This document shows, piece by piece, positions 11,652 through 23,145 of a stretch of 38,081 nucleotides of DNA (positions are counted from its first letter, which is position 1; each line of letters opens with the position of its first letter). Under the pieces are notes generated by a model. The model was not told where the DNA came from. It saw only the letters and a program-made list of their open reading frames with translations, and ran no database searches. Made by a program: the position numbers and the translations under genes. The stretch lies in contig MU058292.1 of the NCBI GenBank assembly GCA_013265495.1, forward strand, positions 62,001-100,081. Direction: 5' to 3'. This stretch comes from Vicugna vicugna. Lineage: Eukaryota.

Positions 11652-11813
11652 CTGTTGGGTGTTAGTTTTCTGAGCAGCGGGAGTCTGCGACCTGTTCTCT
11701 AAGACGTTGTGGTACAAACTCAAGAACAACGAGCATGAAGTGACACAAAGAACTCGTCGAATGTCAGACCCTTCCGGCCACAGCTCCTTAAGCAGAGACA
11801 TGACTTCACGTGC
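11652..11813 (-). CDS. DDX60: DDX60 exon 7 (162 nt): AREVMSLLKELWPEGSDIRRVLCVTSCSLFLSLYHNVLENRSQTPAAQKTNTQQ
   Basis: Acceptor ttctgtgatag|; donor CAG|gtgcga; phase 0-0. Confidence 0.92.
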
Positions 11814-12389
11814 CTATCACAGAAGGAAATTGTGAAACACCAGGATGTTCAGGAAAACAGTTTCAATCATAAGTGATCTCACTGGAAGAAATACAAAGCA
11901 CACATTTGATGACACAAAACTATAACTATTCCTATCTAAAACAATAAAATTTACCATGAGAAATAAAAAGTATTTCAGTGAAATTAAAAACCTCAGTACG
12001 TAGGAAGCTCCTATAAATCAATAAGAAAACAACTAAGCCTTTAGTAAGAGATGAGCAGATAATTCACCAAAGAAATACAAATAAAAATAAAAGTGCTAAC
12101 CTCTTAAGTAACAAAATGAACAATTAGCATATTTTTTACTTACAAGTTTGCAAAGTATATCTTAATGATAATAGCACTGGAAATCATATGACATGTCATT
12201 TCTCTTTTACTTTATTGATAAGAATATTAATAGGTACAGAGTTACTGCAAAGCTATTTAGTAAAACATAAGATTATCATTAAGTATATTGATACTTTTAA
12301 TTGACTACTCAAGTTCTAGGTATCTAGGTTAGGTAAATACCACAAAATGTGTACCAAGATTTAGGCATCAAGATGTTCATCACAGAGTT

Positions 12390-12482
12390 TGTTTTTTTTC
12401 TTATTGAAGTACAGTTACAATGTGTCAATTTCTGGCGTACAGCACAATGTCCCAGTTATGCATATACGTACATATATTCATA
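12390..12482 (-). mobile_element. Short young L1 3'-end insertion (camelid-type)
   Basis: ttattgaagtacagttacaatgtgtcaatttctggcgtacagcacaatgtcccag; same family as 18310-18400 and 33371-33880. Confidence 0.7.
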
Positions 12483-12881
12483 ATTGTGGAGTTCTTTGTT
12501 ACAGCCAATTCTCAAACAATTCAAATGCCAGGCATTAGAGAAATACTAGCACCCAGTAAAAAATAAAATTTGTGAGGAATTTTTTGATAATCAGAAAAAG
12601 TGATCTATTAAAGTCTGTTGCTAATATGTTTCTCAGTATAGTTCCTTTTGTCTGTAAAAAGGACATCAGTGCAAATGTAAGTGAAATACAAATAATGTCT
12701 GAGCTTAGTTAATATTGTTACACTGACACTAACACCCTGGCTGGACAGGTGCACGTGGTCACACCAGGTGCTAATGTGCAGGGAAGCTGGGGGAGGGGCA
12801 CGTGGGGACCCTGTACTACTTTTGCATCTTTTTTTGTCATTAAACAGTTCAAGTCAAGAGTTCTTTTTAAAGTTTCAGTAC

Positions 12882-12998
12882 CTCTTCCATCATATTTTCC
12901 CATTTAAAATTTCCAAAAAGATGTCCCAATGCTAAAACTCGACATTCTTCCAATTTCTTAATCAGGATTTTATAAGCATTTTCAATGTTATTCTTATT
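12882..12998 (-). CDS. DDX60: DDX60 exon 6 (117 nt): NKNNIENAYKILIKKLEECRVLALGHLFGNFKWENMMEE
   Basis: Translated by hand. Acceptor atcttttacag|; donor GAG|gtactg; phase 0-0. Confidence 0.92.
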
Positions 12999-13214
12999 CT
13001 GTAAAAGATAGGCAAGTGACATAAATTGTCATAAATAAAGTGTCACATTACTTTCCAACTATAGACAATCATATATTAAAGATATAATTGTTACAATATA
13101 TTTCTAAACTAAAAAATACACTAAAGTAATTATATATCATCAACAGTGCTTTTCAAGTCTGCCAAACAGCACTATTTTGTCTTTGCCAAATCAATTTTTG
13201 TCTGGGAATTTGGT

Positions 13215-13400
13215 CCATTTTATTTTTTTTAACAGCTTTATAAAGGTATAATTAACATGACACAAAATTTGCTCACTTTAAGGGTACAAATCAATGACTT
13301 TTGGTAAATTTGCAGAGTTGTGCAGTCATCACCACAATGTAATTTTAGAATGCTTTCAACATCTCAAAAAGAAACACTGTACCCATGTAATGCACTGTGT
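13215..13400 (-). mobile_element. L1M 3'-end fragment
   Basis: aacagctttata...agggtacaaatcaatgacttttggtaaatt...gagttgtgcagtcatcaccaca. Confidence 0.75.
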
Positions 13401-14568
13401 CTTATTAGGAAAAATTTCAAACACACACACAGAGAAAAGCGTAACACTCCCCCCTCCCCGGTAACTACCATTATCAACATACACCGCATCTTCTTCAGCA
13501 TTTTACATGGTCCTCAGAATGAAAGTGAAAGATCCTCTCTAGGGTGAGAGTTCAGTAAATTAGGAAATAAATTATTTTACCAGAAATAAAACCCTCCATT
13601 AAAAAAAAATGTTTTCCTGAAGAATAGATTGGGAAAGAAATTTGTAGGGACATTTCAAACTCAAATTCAAAAAACGCTCTCACTGAGTAAAAAAGGGTGA
13701 GTGGATTACAGGACCTCCTCTCAATACAGAAACAAGTCCCAGGGCTATTTCTGCTCACAGAGGGCACCTCGAGTTGGAAATGGTTTAATGATTGGAGTTC
13801 TATCTTATACTTCATTACAACCATCCAGATGTCCCCAGTATCATGAGGGGTGTGACCCTAAACTCAAAAAGTGAAAAGTGTTAACTAACTCAAAAATCAT
13901 TTTGATGAAATAGAGCCATCCTCACATTCTAAATTTGTTCTAAGCAGCAAAAATTAAACAGAAACCAGATTTATTTATAAAACTGGTGGTCATTTTTGAC
14001 TCCCAAAAGTTCAGTACAGTAATTACTAATTATACTGATAAGCAAAATAGTAAGATCATGGAATTAAAATTCTCAATACTTTGAAAACTCTATTAATGAT
14101 TTATTATTAAATAAACATATTTCACTTCTTTTCCTTCCTCCTCAACTCTCTCCATGGTTTTCTCATGAAAAGCTGCTGTGTTAACCATCATTTCACTCAT
14201 CTGTGGCTCCAGCACCCCACACCACAGGGGAGCATATGCAGGCAGGGGGGTCAGAGGCCTCTCCTCAGACCCACTGTGTGTTGACAGTGAGCAGACTACT
14301 TACCTGTGACCCTGACCCTCCCTCATGGGGCTGCTGCAAATGGTAAATAAAATGGCTCTCTGGAAGGACCACACACCAACTCCTGTCATGGCTGCATGTG
14401 CCCAGTAAAGGGCTGCATTTAGGGTTGCAATCATCATTATTATTACTTCTCTATACCTCTCTGTGAGACTGGTCATAATTCCCATAGGAGAGGCAGAAAT
14501 AAAACTGAGTCAAGTAATTTGGAAAATTCTGTGACATTCCAGAAGCCTGTCTTTGAGATGCAAATTAC

Positions 14569-14910
14569 CTTCTGGAAAAACATCTGGTTCTTGTGCTTGC
14601 TTGGCATGAAATACGCATAAAGTCGAAGGAAATCGGACACCTGGCCTGAGGAGAGCACAGCATTGACCTTCATCGCCCAAGACTGAATGATTAAGAAGTT
14701 GAAGAGGTGTGTCTGGGGGTGGTTCAGGCCTTCATCCGCCACTATCAGGAAATACGGGTAACTGTCCTCCAAGAAAGTCTGCCACTCCTGCGACAAGCAC
14801 CCAGAGAAAGCTGTTCGAACGTCGACGGTGGTATTGTGCTCTAGGTGTAGAATTAAAGCCCTCCTCAGAGGCAGAAGTTCGGGGAAGTTGAAATATGCGT
14901 ACTCAGCATC
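14569..14910 (-). CDS. DDX60: DDX60 exon 5 (342 nt): DAEYAYFNFPELL...KHKNQMFFQK
   Basis: Lies within ORF 14473..15096. Acceptor ccgcccccacag|; donor AAG|gtaatt; phase 0-0. Confidence 0.95.
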
Positions 14911-15972
14911 CTGTGGGGGCGGGGGGAGGGGTGGAAGGACATAATTGTGAAATTGGCACTTAGTAGTCCACCAGTTTTGTGGGTTAGCATGCACCGTCAA
15001 AGTCAGTAAAGGACTAGGTTCCACAGGTTCTGTTGTTTTATAGTCACAAGAAACAGACCCTTGAACCTCGACAGTCAGGTTGCAGACACCACGCATCGCG
15101 ATTGGGGTCTAGATCCACGTGTCCTCTTTAACTTGGCGGAGTGGGTATCACACTTCCCTTCCCGCCCTAATCCTCTTCCCCTCCAAGCTCACTTCAGAAA
15201 GAAAAAGGGGAGGAAAATACTTAAGGGCAAATGGTGGATGTAAGTTAAGGAGGACCACGGCGGGTGCGGGGGGCGGGAGATTGTGAAACAGCACAAGTTT
15301 TATCAACAGACGTGCTTAGTGCCTGTCAACTGAGCCGCAGGCAACAGGCCAGCCCTTGCTCTTTATTCAAAACACTGCCCGCAAGCGGTCAGCAATGTTC
15401 AAAAACCTAACATTTTGTGGACCACAAAACACACCAAAATCCTCAGGAATGACACAGTGGTTACCTTTAGGGGGAGGAGGTAGTATTATACATACATAAT
15501 ACAACATATGTATGTATTCGAAATTGTTAACATTGTATTAATTATATGCACAATCAATCTCTTCCCTGGGAGGCATTTACTACAGAGCCAATAGCAACGA
15601 AGCACCACTGCTGAGTCTGACCACCTGCTGGGCTCAGATTAAACTGATAGCTGAGTTTTGAAGACAGAGGTTGTTCTACCTGGAGCTGGAAGATTAGAGC
15701 CCAGAGACCAGCTTGGCCACTGCAGAGATTTCTCACCTCCTCCAGGGACCAGCACATCCTCACAGGAATGTCCCATCAGTGCAAATAAAAAATAAAAGTA
15801 AATGCAGTAACTTCTGGATCCTGGATCATGAGGACTTTTTTGTCTATTCTTCCCTTTAAATTTTCTGAATTTTTTAGACATATTTCACTTGGAAATAAAC
15901 AAAAAGCTACTTACAAAATAATAAGCAGTTTTAGCTCTCAAATCACAGAAAACAACTCAAGTGTCACGTTAC

Positions 15973-16162
15973 CTTGAAGAAAACGATGGCAAACTGTCCC
16001 CCTTTACTGATAAGATCCACAAGGTACCGCTCAACCAGGTAGAAGAAGTGGAGATTCTGTCCCGGCTCGAATGACTGTGCAAGGAAGCATGTGATCAGCA
16101 ATGCATCTCCATCAATCAGGAAAAATTCTGACTCAACAAAGTCATTGAACAAACTGTCATAG
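15973..16162 (-). CDS. DDX60: DDX60 exon 4 (190 nt): (N)YDSLFNDFVESEFFLIDGDALL...GGQFAIVFFK
   Basis: Lies within ORF 15964..16206. Acceptor ttttcattttag|; donor AAG|gtaacg; phase 2-0. Confidence 0.95.
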
Positions 16163-16289
16163 CTAAAATGAAAACAGTTGAAACAAAAATTACATGTAGA
16201 CTCCATCAGGCCCAGAGGGTGACGTGATGATATAATAATATTCTCTTATTATCTTCTCATCTTTATCACCAATAGCTTGATTTGCTAAG

Positions 16290-16480
16290 AATTTTCTATT
16301 GGGCTCTACGCTCAGACTTTCCAGAGACATCCACCCACGTAAGCGTCCTTCCTGGGAAGAAGCAGAATCATTCCCATTCTACAGGGACGGAAACTGAGGC
16401 TGGAGGGGAGAGCAAATTCTCAAAGGCCATGTGGCAGGGCATGGACTGGACTCAAGGATTTAAACATCTCTCTCCGAATA
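16290..16480 (-). mobile_element. MIR SINE remnant
   Basis: Core cccattctacagggacggaaactgaggct. Confidence 0.7.
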
Positions 16481-16753
16481 CAGACCTCCCGCTTAATCAG
16501 TCTCATCCCTTTATAAAACTGACAGCTGTGGGCAAACAGAGCAGGAGAAACTATGTCCATTGCCCATCAAACGGCTGTAAAAGTTCTATGTTAAACAGCC
16601 ATATATATATATATATATATACACACACAGTAGTCTAACATATACACTGAGATTAATGATTGACAGACAGACAGATAGGTATCACTTTAAGGCCAAACAG
16701 ATACACAGGAAATAAGATGGTCACCTCTCTTGATTTATTACTATAACACTCAC

Positions 16754-16823
16754 TTAGCTTTCGGCATTTCAGTCAAAATTAACTGGGACATTTCCTTTAA
16801 AAACATCATGTATTTTTGTGAAC
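16754..16823 (-). CDS. DDX60: DDX60 exon 3 (70 nt): (G)SQKYMMFLKEMSQLILTEMPKA(N)
   Basis: Acceptor tttttcccttag|; donor CTAA|gtgagt; phase 1-2; EMSQLIL.EMPKA motif. Confidence 0.92.
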
Positions 16824-17003
16824 CTAAGGGAAAAACATTAAGAGAATGGATTATTTTCAACCAATTCTTTTTTTTAAAGAGCTATCATTTACAAAGCATT
16901 TGAGAAATAAACAGCAGTAATGAGTTATATGAATCCTATTAAATCTGTGTAGCTTACAGAATCCTCGTTTTACAACTTATGAATATCTTAAATGGAAAAT
17001 TAC

Positions 17004-17108
17004 CCATTCTTGCTGCTCCCTGTGTCTCCATAATATGAACTGGAAAATATTAAATATAGCAAATATCCTTTACTGTGGTACCTCCAGTGACTAATGAAAT
17101 TGGCAGAC
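17004..17108 (-). CDS. DDX60: DDX60 exon 2 (105 nt; mostly 5'UTR, ends ATG G; ATG at 17007-17005, extra in-frame ATG at 17031-17029)
   Basis: Acceptor ttttctttgtag| at 17110-17109; donor AGAATGG|gtaatt. Supplies the 4 coding nt that put exon 3 in frame. Confidence 0.85.
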
Positions 17109-17139
17109 CTACAAAGAAAAGAAAAACTAAAAATTCATT

Positions 17140-17900
17140 ATTCCATCAACAAATTGTATTTAATGACTTCAGGCCTTAAACAAAACATTAGGCACTGGGA
17201 ATACAAGAATGAATGAAAGTCAAAATGCTGTCAGTTTCCATGAAACTTAAAGACCTTCAGAAAAGACAAGTACCAACCAGATAATCATATGAATGGTGGA
17301 AAATTGTAAGTGGGACAAAGTCAAAGAGGTCAGAGGAATCGTCCCTGAAGAAGACATACCTGGGCTCCTGAAGGAGGAGCTGAGAATTAATTAAGCAAAG
17401 GGGTGGGGTGGGGGTGGCATCCCAGGCAGAGGGAACACCAGAACCCCGCGTGCAATAGCCTCCAGGCACGAGGGTGTGTGGGCAACTTGGGTCCTGGAGT
17501 GAGACAGTAAGGGGGGAGGGCCATGGTGAGGGGTGTGCACATCACAGGCAGGTCACGTATTCTTCATCCTAAAATCCATCTATGTTTCTAAGCAGGCAGT
17601 CACATGACTGGCTTTGCATTTTGAAAGACTACTCTGGCCACAGCACCAAGAACAAAGCAAAGTTTCAGTTGGTAAGGCAGAGGGGAAGCCCCTTTGAATG
17701 ACGGGAGAGTTGCATGTAGCCCAGCTGGATGGTAGCTGGAGGCACACGTTCATCTTAAATATTCCGAAGGTGAGTGTGATGTGATCTAGTCAAGGATCAG
17801 ATATGGATGGAGAAGAGGAGGCTCAGGGTTCTACCTGATGCAACAGGACGGACGGAAACCTTGGGAAAAGGCCAGCTCCAGGGACTGATCCTGAGTTCAC
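17140..17900 (-). mobile_element. L2 LINE remnant
   Basis: cattattccatcaacaaat...taggcactgggaataca...atcccaggcagagggaaca...tttgcattttgaaagactactctggc. Confidence 0.65.
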
Positions 17901-18309
17901 TTGTGGGTAGGTGGGCTGGGCCTGCCTTGGAGACTTATTGTAGGGTATGTCGTGCACGTAGCCAACTGTGCAGGTGCAGCAGTCAAACACAAGGCTGGGC
18001 CAGACCTGAATGTGAGAGAGTGTCAGGGTCATGCTAAGTGAGGCCCTTGGTGTCGACGACCTGGCTTGGACAGAGACACACAGCATCAGAAGAGAGAATA
18101 TCAGATTCCACAAGATGCGCTGGGTTGATTCACAGCCTCCCAGGTGTTCACGTGGCCCTTAACATCTCGGGAATTTTTTCATCACACCCCAGGACAAAAT
18201 AAATACCTAATAGTTTATTTATTAAGTAGTTAGCTCCAAACAATTAGTAAGTCCTAACAACTTCGTTTGAAAATAGAATGCACATTCAACTGAAAGAAAT
18301 GGTATCGGC

Positions 18310-18400
18310 ATGACTGGGACATTGTTCTGCACACCAGAAATTGACACATTGTACAGACTTCAATAAAAAAATAACAAATAATAAAATTTTTTAAATAAAA
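18310..18400 (+). mobile_element. Short young L1 3'-end with A-rich tail
   Basis: gactgggacattgttctgcacaccagaaattgacacattgtacagacttcaataaaaaa. Confidence 0.7.
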
Positions 18401-21400
18401 AGTCAACAATCACTGATGAGATGTGTGTGCATGTTGGACACTGTGCAACTTTTTAACAGCAGCCGTGGTCGCAGAGTAAAGCCCTCCTTCATCTGACAGA
18501 TAAGGGATTCCACATGGCCTACAGGACACTTCCAATACTAAACTTGACCCTAACACTCACACCACTGCATAGAATCTAGTCATTGTACCCAGTTCTCTCT
18601 CATTTAAGGGAGAGACACGCAAAAGAAAATAAAATCAGTTACTTTGAATAATAACCATGAATGAATATATATAAAAAATTAGAATCACTAGACATTTGAG
18701 GGGGAGAGAACTAAAAATAAGAAGCCAGATGAAGAAACATGATTACAGGACAGAACAGTCCTTTAAAAAGCTCTAATTAGAGTTCTCAGTAATCACAATG
18801 ACATTAGCTAATAAGATAAGATCAGGTGCTGTTATTATTTTAAAAAAAAATAACAAGAAGTAAATGCTCATAAAAATGTTAAGTATATTTTCAGAAAAAA
18901 AATTATGTGCAGGTCAACGGAATGGACATGCTGAAATTTCAAGTTATCCAGGAGTCAAAATTCAGAAAATTTCTTAGAGGAGAGAAGACAGAAACAAAGA
19001 GATGGAAAACAGAAAAATTACTAACATACAGAGGCTAAACCAAAAAGTTCTAAATCCACTTCAGAGTAACTCCAGCAGGAGAGAAGTACGACTCCAAAAT
19101 GGGGTGGAGATAAAGGTCATCATAGATCTACCAGTTTCAGCGAGATAATGGTACTAGACCCGAGTTAAAGAAAAGTATGCATTTCTAGATTGAAAAGCTT
19201 TTCCAAGTACTGAGCACAAACAATGACAGAAGAGGAAAGCACGGGCAGACACAGCTTGCTGAAACCGGAGGACTCCAAGACACAGAGAAAGACAGAGTCC
19301 CATGAGGAGGTGTGAGGCAGAGGCAGCCAGGAGCGACAGGTGGCCACTCTGACCCTCGTTCAGAAATCCAGGACAGCAGAGGCAGGTTACTTACTGTCCC
19401 TGCATCTTGCCTGATGCATCTGTAACATCGGGATGGACAATAATATTACTCCACTCTGGCTGTCTTCTCCAGCTACTAAAAGTATACAAATTGATGGAAA
19501 CAGTACCCGGCACACAGCTAGAACTCATTAAAGTGAGCAGCAGTGCTGGAGGTTTTTATAAAGGAAAATAATACTTTCAGAGTCTTGAGAGGAAAATATT
19601 TTGGACTTAGAATTCTGTACCCAAACAGTCGTTCAATTCACTGAGAGGGGGAAAAAAGACAGTATTCCTAGACGTTGCAGAAGTTGGAAATTGCACCAAA
19701 CACTTAAGTTAAACGACCATTTTATTTAAAGCACAGTCCAGAAAATTGAAGGAAAAAGATCAACGATGAGGACAATGAAGACGCAGGGAGACCCTGCAGG
19801 ATCCAGAAGGGTTAAAGGAAGCCACAGAGAGGAATGAGAGGCACGTGCTGCTCTGAACTTGGAGACCTCCAAACAGCAAAGACGGGGAAACACGCTTCCC
19901 AAAGATACTGACTGGTCCTACAACGTGCGCTAACAAGAACTTCATAACTGCTCTCTACTGGTTTGCCATTTCTGATTCAACATAGAAACCAAAATGAAAG
20001 TCATGAAACACTCTAAATTATGACAAACTCTGACAATAGAAAAATAACTTAATTAGCCTCATTGGGAGGTTCAGAAATGGAGAAGTTTCATTTCTTTTAG
20101 CTGGAGGTGATCCAGGTAATATAATAAACAGAAACAAAAATGCTATTAGAATATCACCAGTTTATAACTTCTAATAAATTAACAGATCTTGGTATGATTA
20201 GCTGTTAACACAACAAAATTAGGGGCAAAGAGCTGCTTCCATATAGAACTACCCCAGTGTGGAAATACTCCAGCCAAAGGGGAAAAAAAAGAAAAAGAAA
20301 CTCTTAAACCTGAATTTGATCAAAACTCTAGTGGCAAGAACTAACTGTCGTTCAGAAATTCAGAAGACAGAAGGACACGTTAAGTGTTCAAAGATGTGAC
20401 CAGGAGGAAAATAACAAGACCGAAAAAGAAAAACTCAAAAACAGCCCACCAAAATTAACCAAAAAACAACCCTCCCCCCAAAAAAGGTTATTAACAAATA
20501 AATGGCAAAATGATGAAAGAAACGGTAACAAACTTAAAGATGTCTGTCCAATTGCAGTAGTGTCAAACGCTGTATGGATTCTGATTTTAACACCTTAAAA
20601 AGGAGAGAAGGAAAGGACAAAAGAAAAATCGGGGACTGTGGGTGGAGGAGTGATGCCCAACCCAGAGAACAAGGTCCAGGGGAGGGAGGGCGGAGCCCGC
20701 GGAACCGCAGGATGGCGCCCAGACCCCAGCCTCCCTGGTGCAACCGGTGCGCGTGTGTCCCCTGGGGCGCGGGCAGCGTCTCCCCTGCTGAAGCTGTAGC
20801 CTGTGAGGCTCTGCCCTAGGACACGAGAGTCTTCTGCTGGCTCTGCAGACCTAAACCCGCGGCTAAGACCCCCGCGGGGACGCCCCAGCCAACAGCCAGC
20901 AAGAAACAGGCCCCCCCCCCAAGTCCCATAACTGCGAGGAGGTGGACCCTTCCAGCAGCTAATGGAGCCCAGCCCCGAGCCCAGCCCACGCCTTCAGCCC
21001 AGCCGAGGACATGAGATGGGTCAGGACTCAGCCAACCAGCGCCGGCCGTCCCATCCACCAAAACGCTCCAAGAGCGCATTTCCACAGACTTCAGCCACTG
21101 GCGTCGCGACCATCTGTTATTCAGCACGAATGCACACCCCGTGACCATGAACACTTCCCGTCATGAAAGAAAGAAATTCTTACTGTGCGAAGTCACTGGA
21201 CCTAAGGGTATAAGGAACCACCGGGAGAGATCTTATGAAAATGCAGATTCTGATTCTGCAGGTTGGGACTCGGGCCGAGATGCTACACGGATGAGGAAGC
21301 GGCTGACCCGTCGGGTCCCACCGGCCCTGCTCGCGCTGACGCCCCCGGGTCTCCCCAGCATCCCGACCCCACACCCGCACCCTGGTGCCTGCACGCCCGC

Positions 21401-21667
21401 CCCTCACCGCGCTGCTCCGCCCTCGGCGCTCCCCACCAGCAACTTTCCTGCGCCCCAGAGCTCCGCCAGCCCTCGCATCCCCGTCCCACTCGTCCCCCCA
21501 GCCCCGCGCCCCACTGCATCCTCTGCAACCCCGCAGGCCCCGGGGCGCGGCCCCCTGCCTCTCCCGCTCCCGCTCCCCGAGCACCGCAAGGAGAGCGCCC
21601 AAGGCCATCTCCCCGCCCCTCGGGTCAGAGACCTCGAGCCCGCCAGGGACACCCCGGTACTGCTCAC

Positions 21668-21750
21668 CCTGGACCTGGACGCGGACCCGCTGCCCCCGAA
21701 AAGCCGCTGACTCGCGCCCGGGGAAGAGTGGCTGTGAGAGGGCTGGAGCC
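21668..21750 (-). other. DDX60: Probable non-coding exon 1 of DDX60 (5' boundary approximate)
   Basis: Strong donor CAGG|gtgagc at 21667-21662, no ATG, inside the CpG island and just downstream of the GC box and ISREs. The TSS is inferred. Confidence 0.6.
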
Positions 21751-21805
21751 CAGGGACCAGGCGTCGGGCTGGGCGGAGCCCCCAGCCGGTCTGGTCCGCG
21801 GAGAG

Positions 21806-21824
21806 ACTTTCGGTTTCCTTTCTC
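21806..21824 (-). promoter_or_regulatory. ISRE/IRF-E 1 (GAGAAAGGAAACCGAAAGT, three GAAA cores)
   Basis: Matches the GAAANNGAAA ISRE consensus and resembles the ISG15-type ISRE; lies directly upstream of exon 1 of a known ISG. Confidence 0.85.
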
Positions 21825-21838
21825 ATCTCTGGCAGTTA

Positions 21839-21851
21839 AGTTTCGTTTCAC
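21839..21851 (-). promoter_or_regulatory. ISRE 2 (+ strand AGTTTCGTTTCAC)
   Basis: AGTTTCN(1-2)TTTC consensus, 14 bp from ISRE 1. Confidence 0.85.
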
Positions 21852-22984
21852 TGCATGGTGAACAGGTGAGCAGGTAGGGAACTCGGGCATCCTTCCCTGC
21901 CATCAGTACCTCAGTAACGTGAACCTTGGGATTTGGACATAAAAGTGGAAGGAAATGAGGCGGAGAAATCCCAGACGTCTAAACAAGATCAGATCAAGAA
22001 GAGGCAGAATTAGAAACAGAGGAAATGTAAGATCTGTGGAACTTGAAATTCCACCCTGAGGTGCAGGGTCCCCACCCCACCTTTATGGAAAAAGAAAAAG
22101 AAAAACAGTGAAGAACAGGTAAACTTGGCATTTCTGCAGTGAGCTGCTGATGACTGTCCTGTGTCAACTGTATCTGGAACTTTCATGGGCCAAGAAATTT
22201 CTCTTTTTTTTCCAAATTGAAAGTGCAACATTTTCACTTTTATTTCTGACTTTAGTTTCACTTAATTTCTGCCTGTTGATGTTTGCAGTTTGGATTTCGA
22301 CATGAGCCTCTCTCTTTAGTGTGCTCGTGTGCAGTTTCATGAACACTGTCAATGTGCAGATACACTGGGATTCCAGGGGACAGGAAGGGTGACAGCAGTG
22401 GATCTGAGAATCTTAGCAACAGTGAGAAGCCAGGAACTGCCCTGTCCACAAGGAACGGAAAGGAAGGAGGTCCAGGCACTCGCTGCTCCACAGGGAGAAC
22501 AGAGAGCCTTAAACTGGAGTCAAGTTGATGAGGAAAATGGTGGAGGACAGAGAAGGTGGGCTTTTCTCACATCCGGCAGGCTTTTGTTTACTTATTTATC
22601 TGTTTGCAAACTTGTAATGTGTTTATCAATGATGATAGAGATACAGAAAACAGAAGACCTTGGACTTGACACAGGACTGGTCTCAAGTGATGCTGTGTTT
22701 GCGTCCCTCCTTCACAAACCTCTCTGATGTGCTGGCCAGGGGTAAGCTGGGTAACGCCCCTCCCTCCTCCTGTCCTGAGGTCAGTGCCCTGACTCCTGGA
22801 ACCTGCCAACATGTGAACTTTCAGAGCCAAAGTACTTCGCAGTGTGAGCCTGGAGTGAGGCTTCTGAGCCAAGGAAGTGATGCTGGGTGACTGGTGCAGG
22901 GGTCTCCCAGGGTCCTTACCTGGGGGAGGCAGGAGCAGGTGCGGAGAAGGCAGTGCAGTGACGGCAGCCTCCATGGCCTAATGA

Positions 22985-23145
22985 CAGCAAGGAAACGTGT
23001 TCTTGTAGACCCTCAGGGGCCAGCGCCCCTCAGACCGTGATTTCAGCCCAGTGAGACTGACCATCAGACTGTACGAAGATAAATTTGTGTTGTTTCACGC
23101 CACTATGTTTGCTGGACAGCATGGAAATAATGGAGAGGCTAAAAA
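22985..23145 (+). mobile_element. MaLR LTR (MLT1-like) 3' fragment
   Basis: gatttcagcccagtgagac...ataaatttgtgttgtttcacgccacta. Confidence 0.75.

Larger units (their letters stand above)
1..21750 (-). other. DDX60: DDX60 gene body (5' half, exons 1-12; continues beyond position 1)
   Basis: Eleven coding exons with GT-AG boundaries and matching phases splice into an uninterrupted 1564-nt frame. It translates to the DDX60 N-terminal region (EMSQLILTEMPKA, FNDFVESEFFLIDGD, DAEYAYFNFPELL, WPEGSDIRRVLCVTSCSL, KEFDELVHWHSHRPLSDDYDR). It is closer to human DDX60 than to DDX60L as I recall them, and it has the exon-7 C-terminal extension that I recall DDX60L lacking. Confidence 0.9.
20690..21830. promoter_or_regulatory. 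Promoter CpG island of DDX60 with GC box (gggcggag, about 21771-21778)
   Basis: High GC and dense CpG, spanning exon 1 and the start of intron 1. Confidence 0.8.

Noticed and set aside
21141..21890. Several overlapping 140-236 aa ORFs on both strands
   Set aside because: Pro/Gly/Arg-rich by-products of the stop-poor promoter CpG island, with no recognisable domain.
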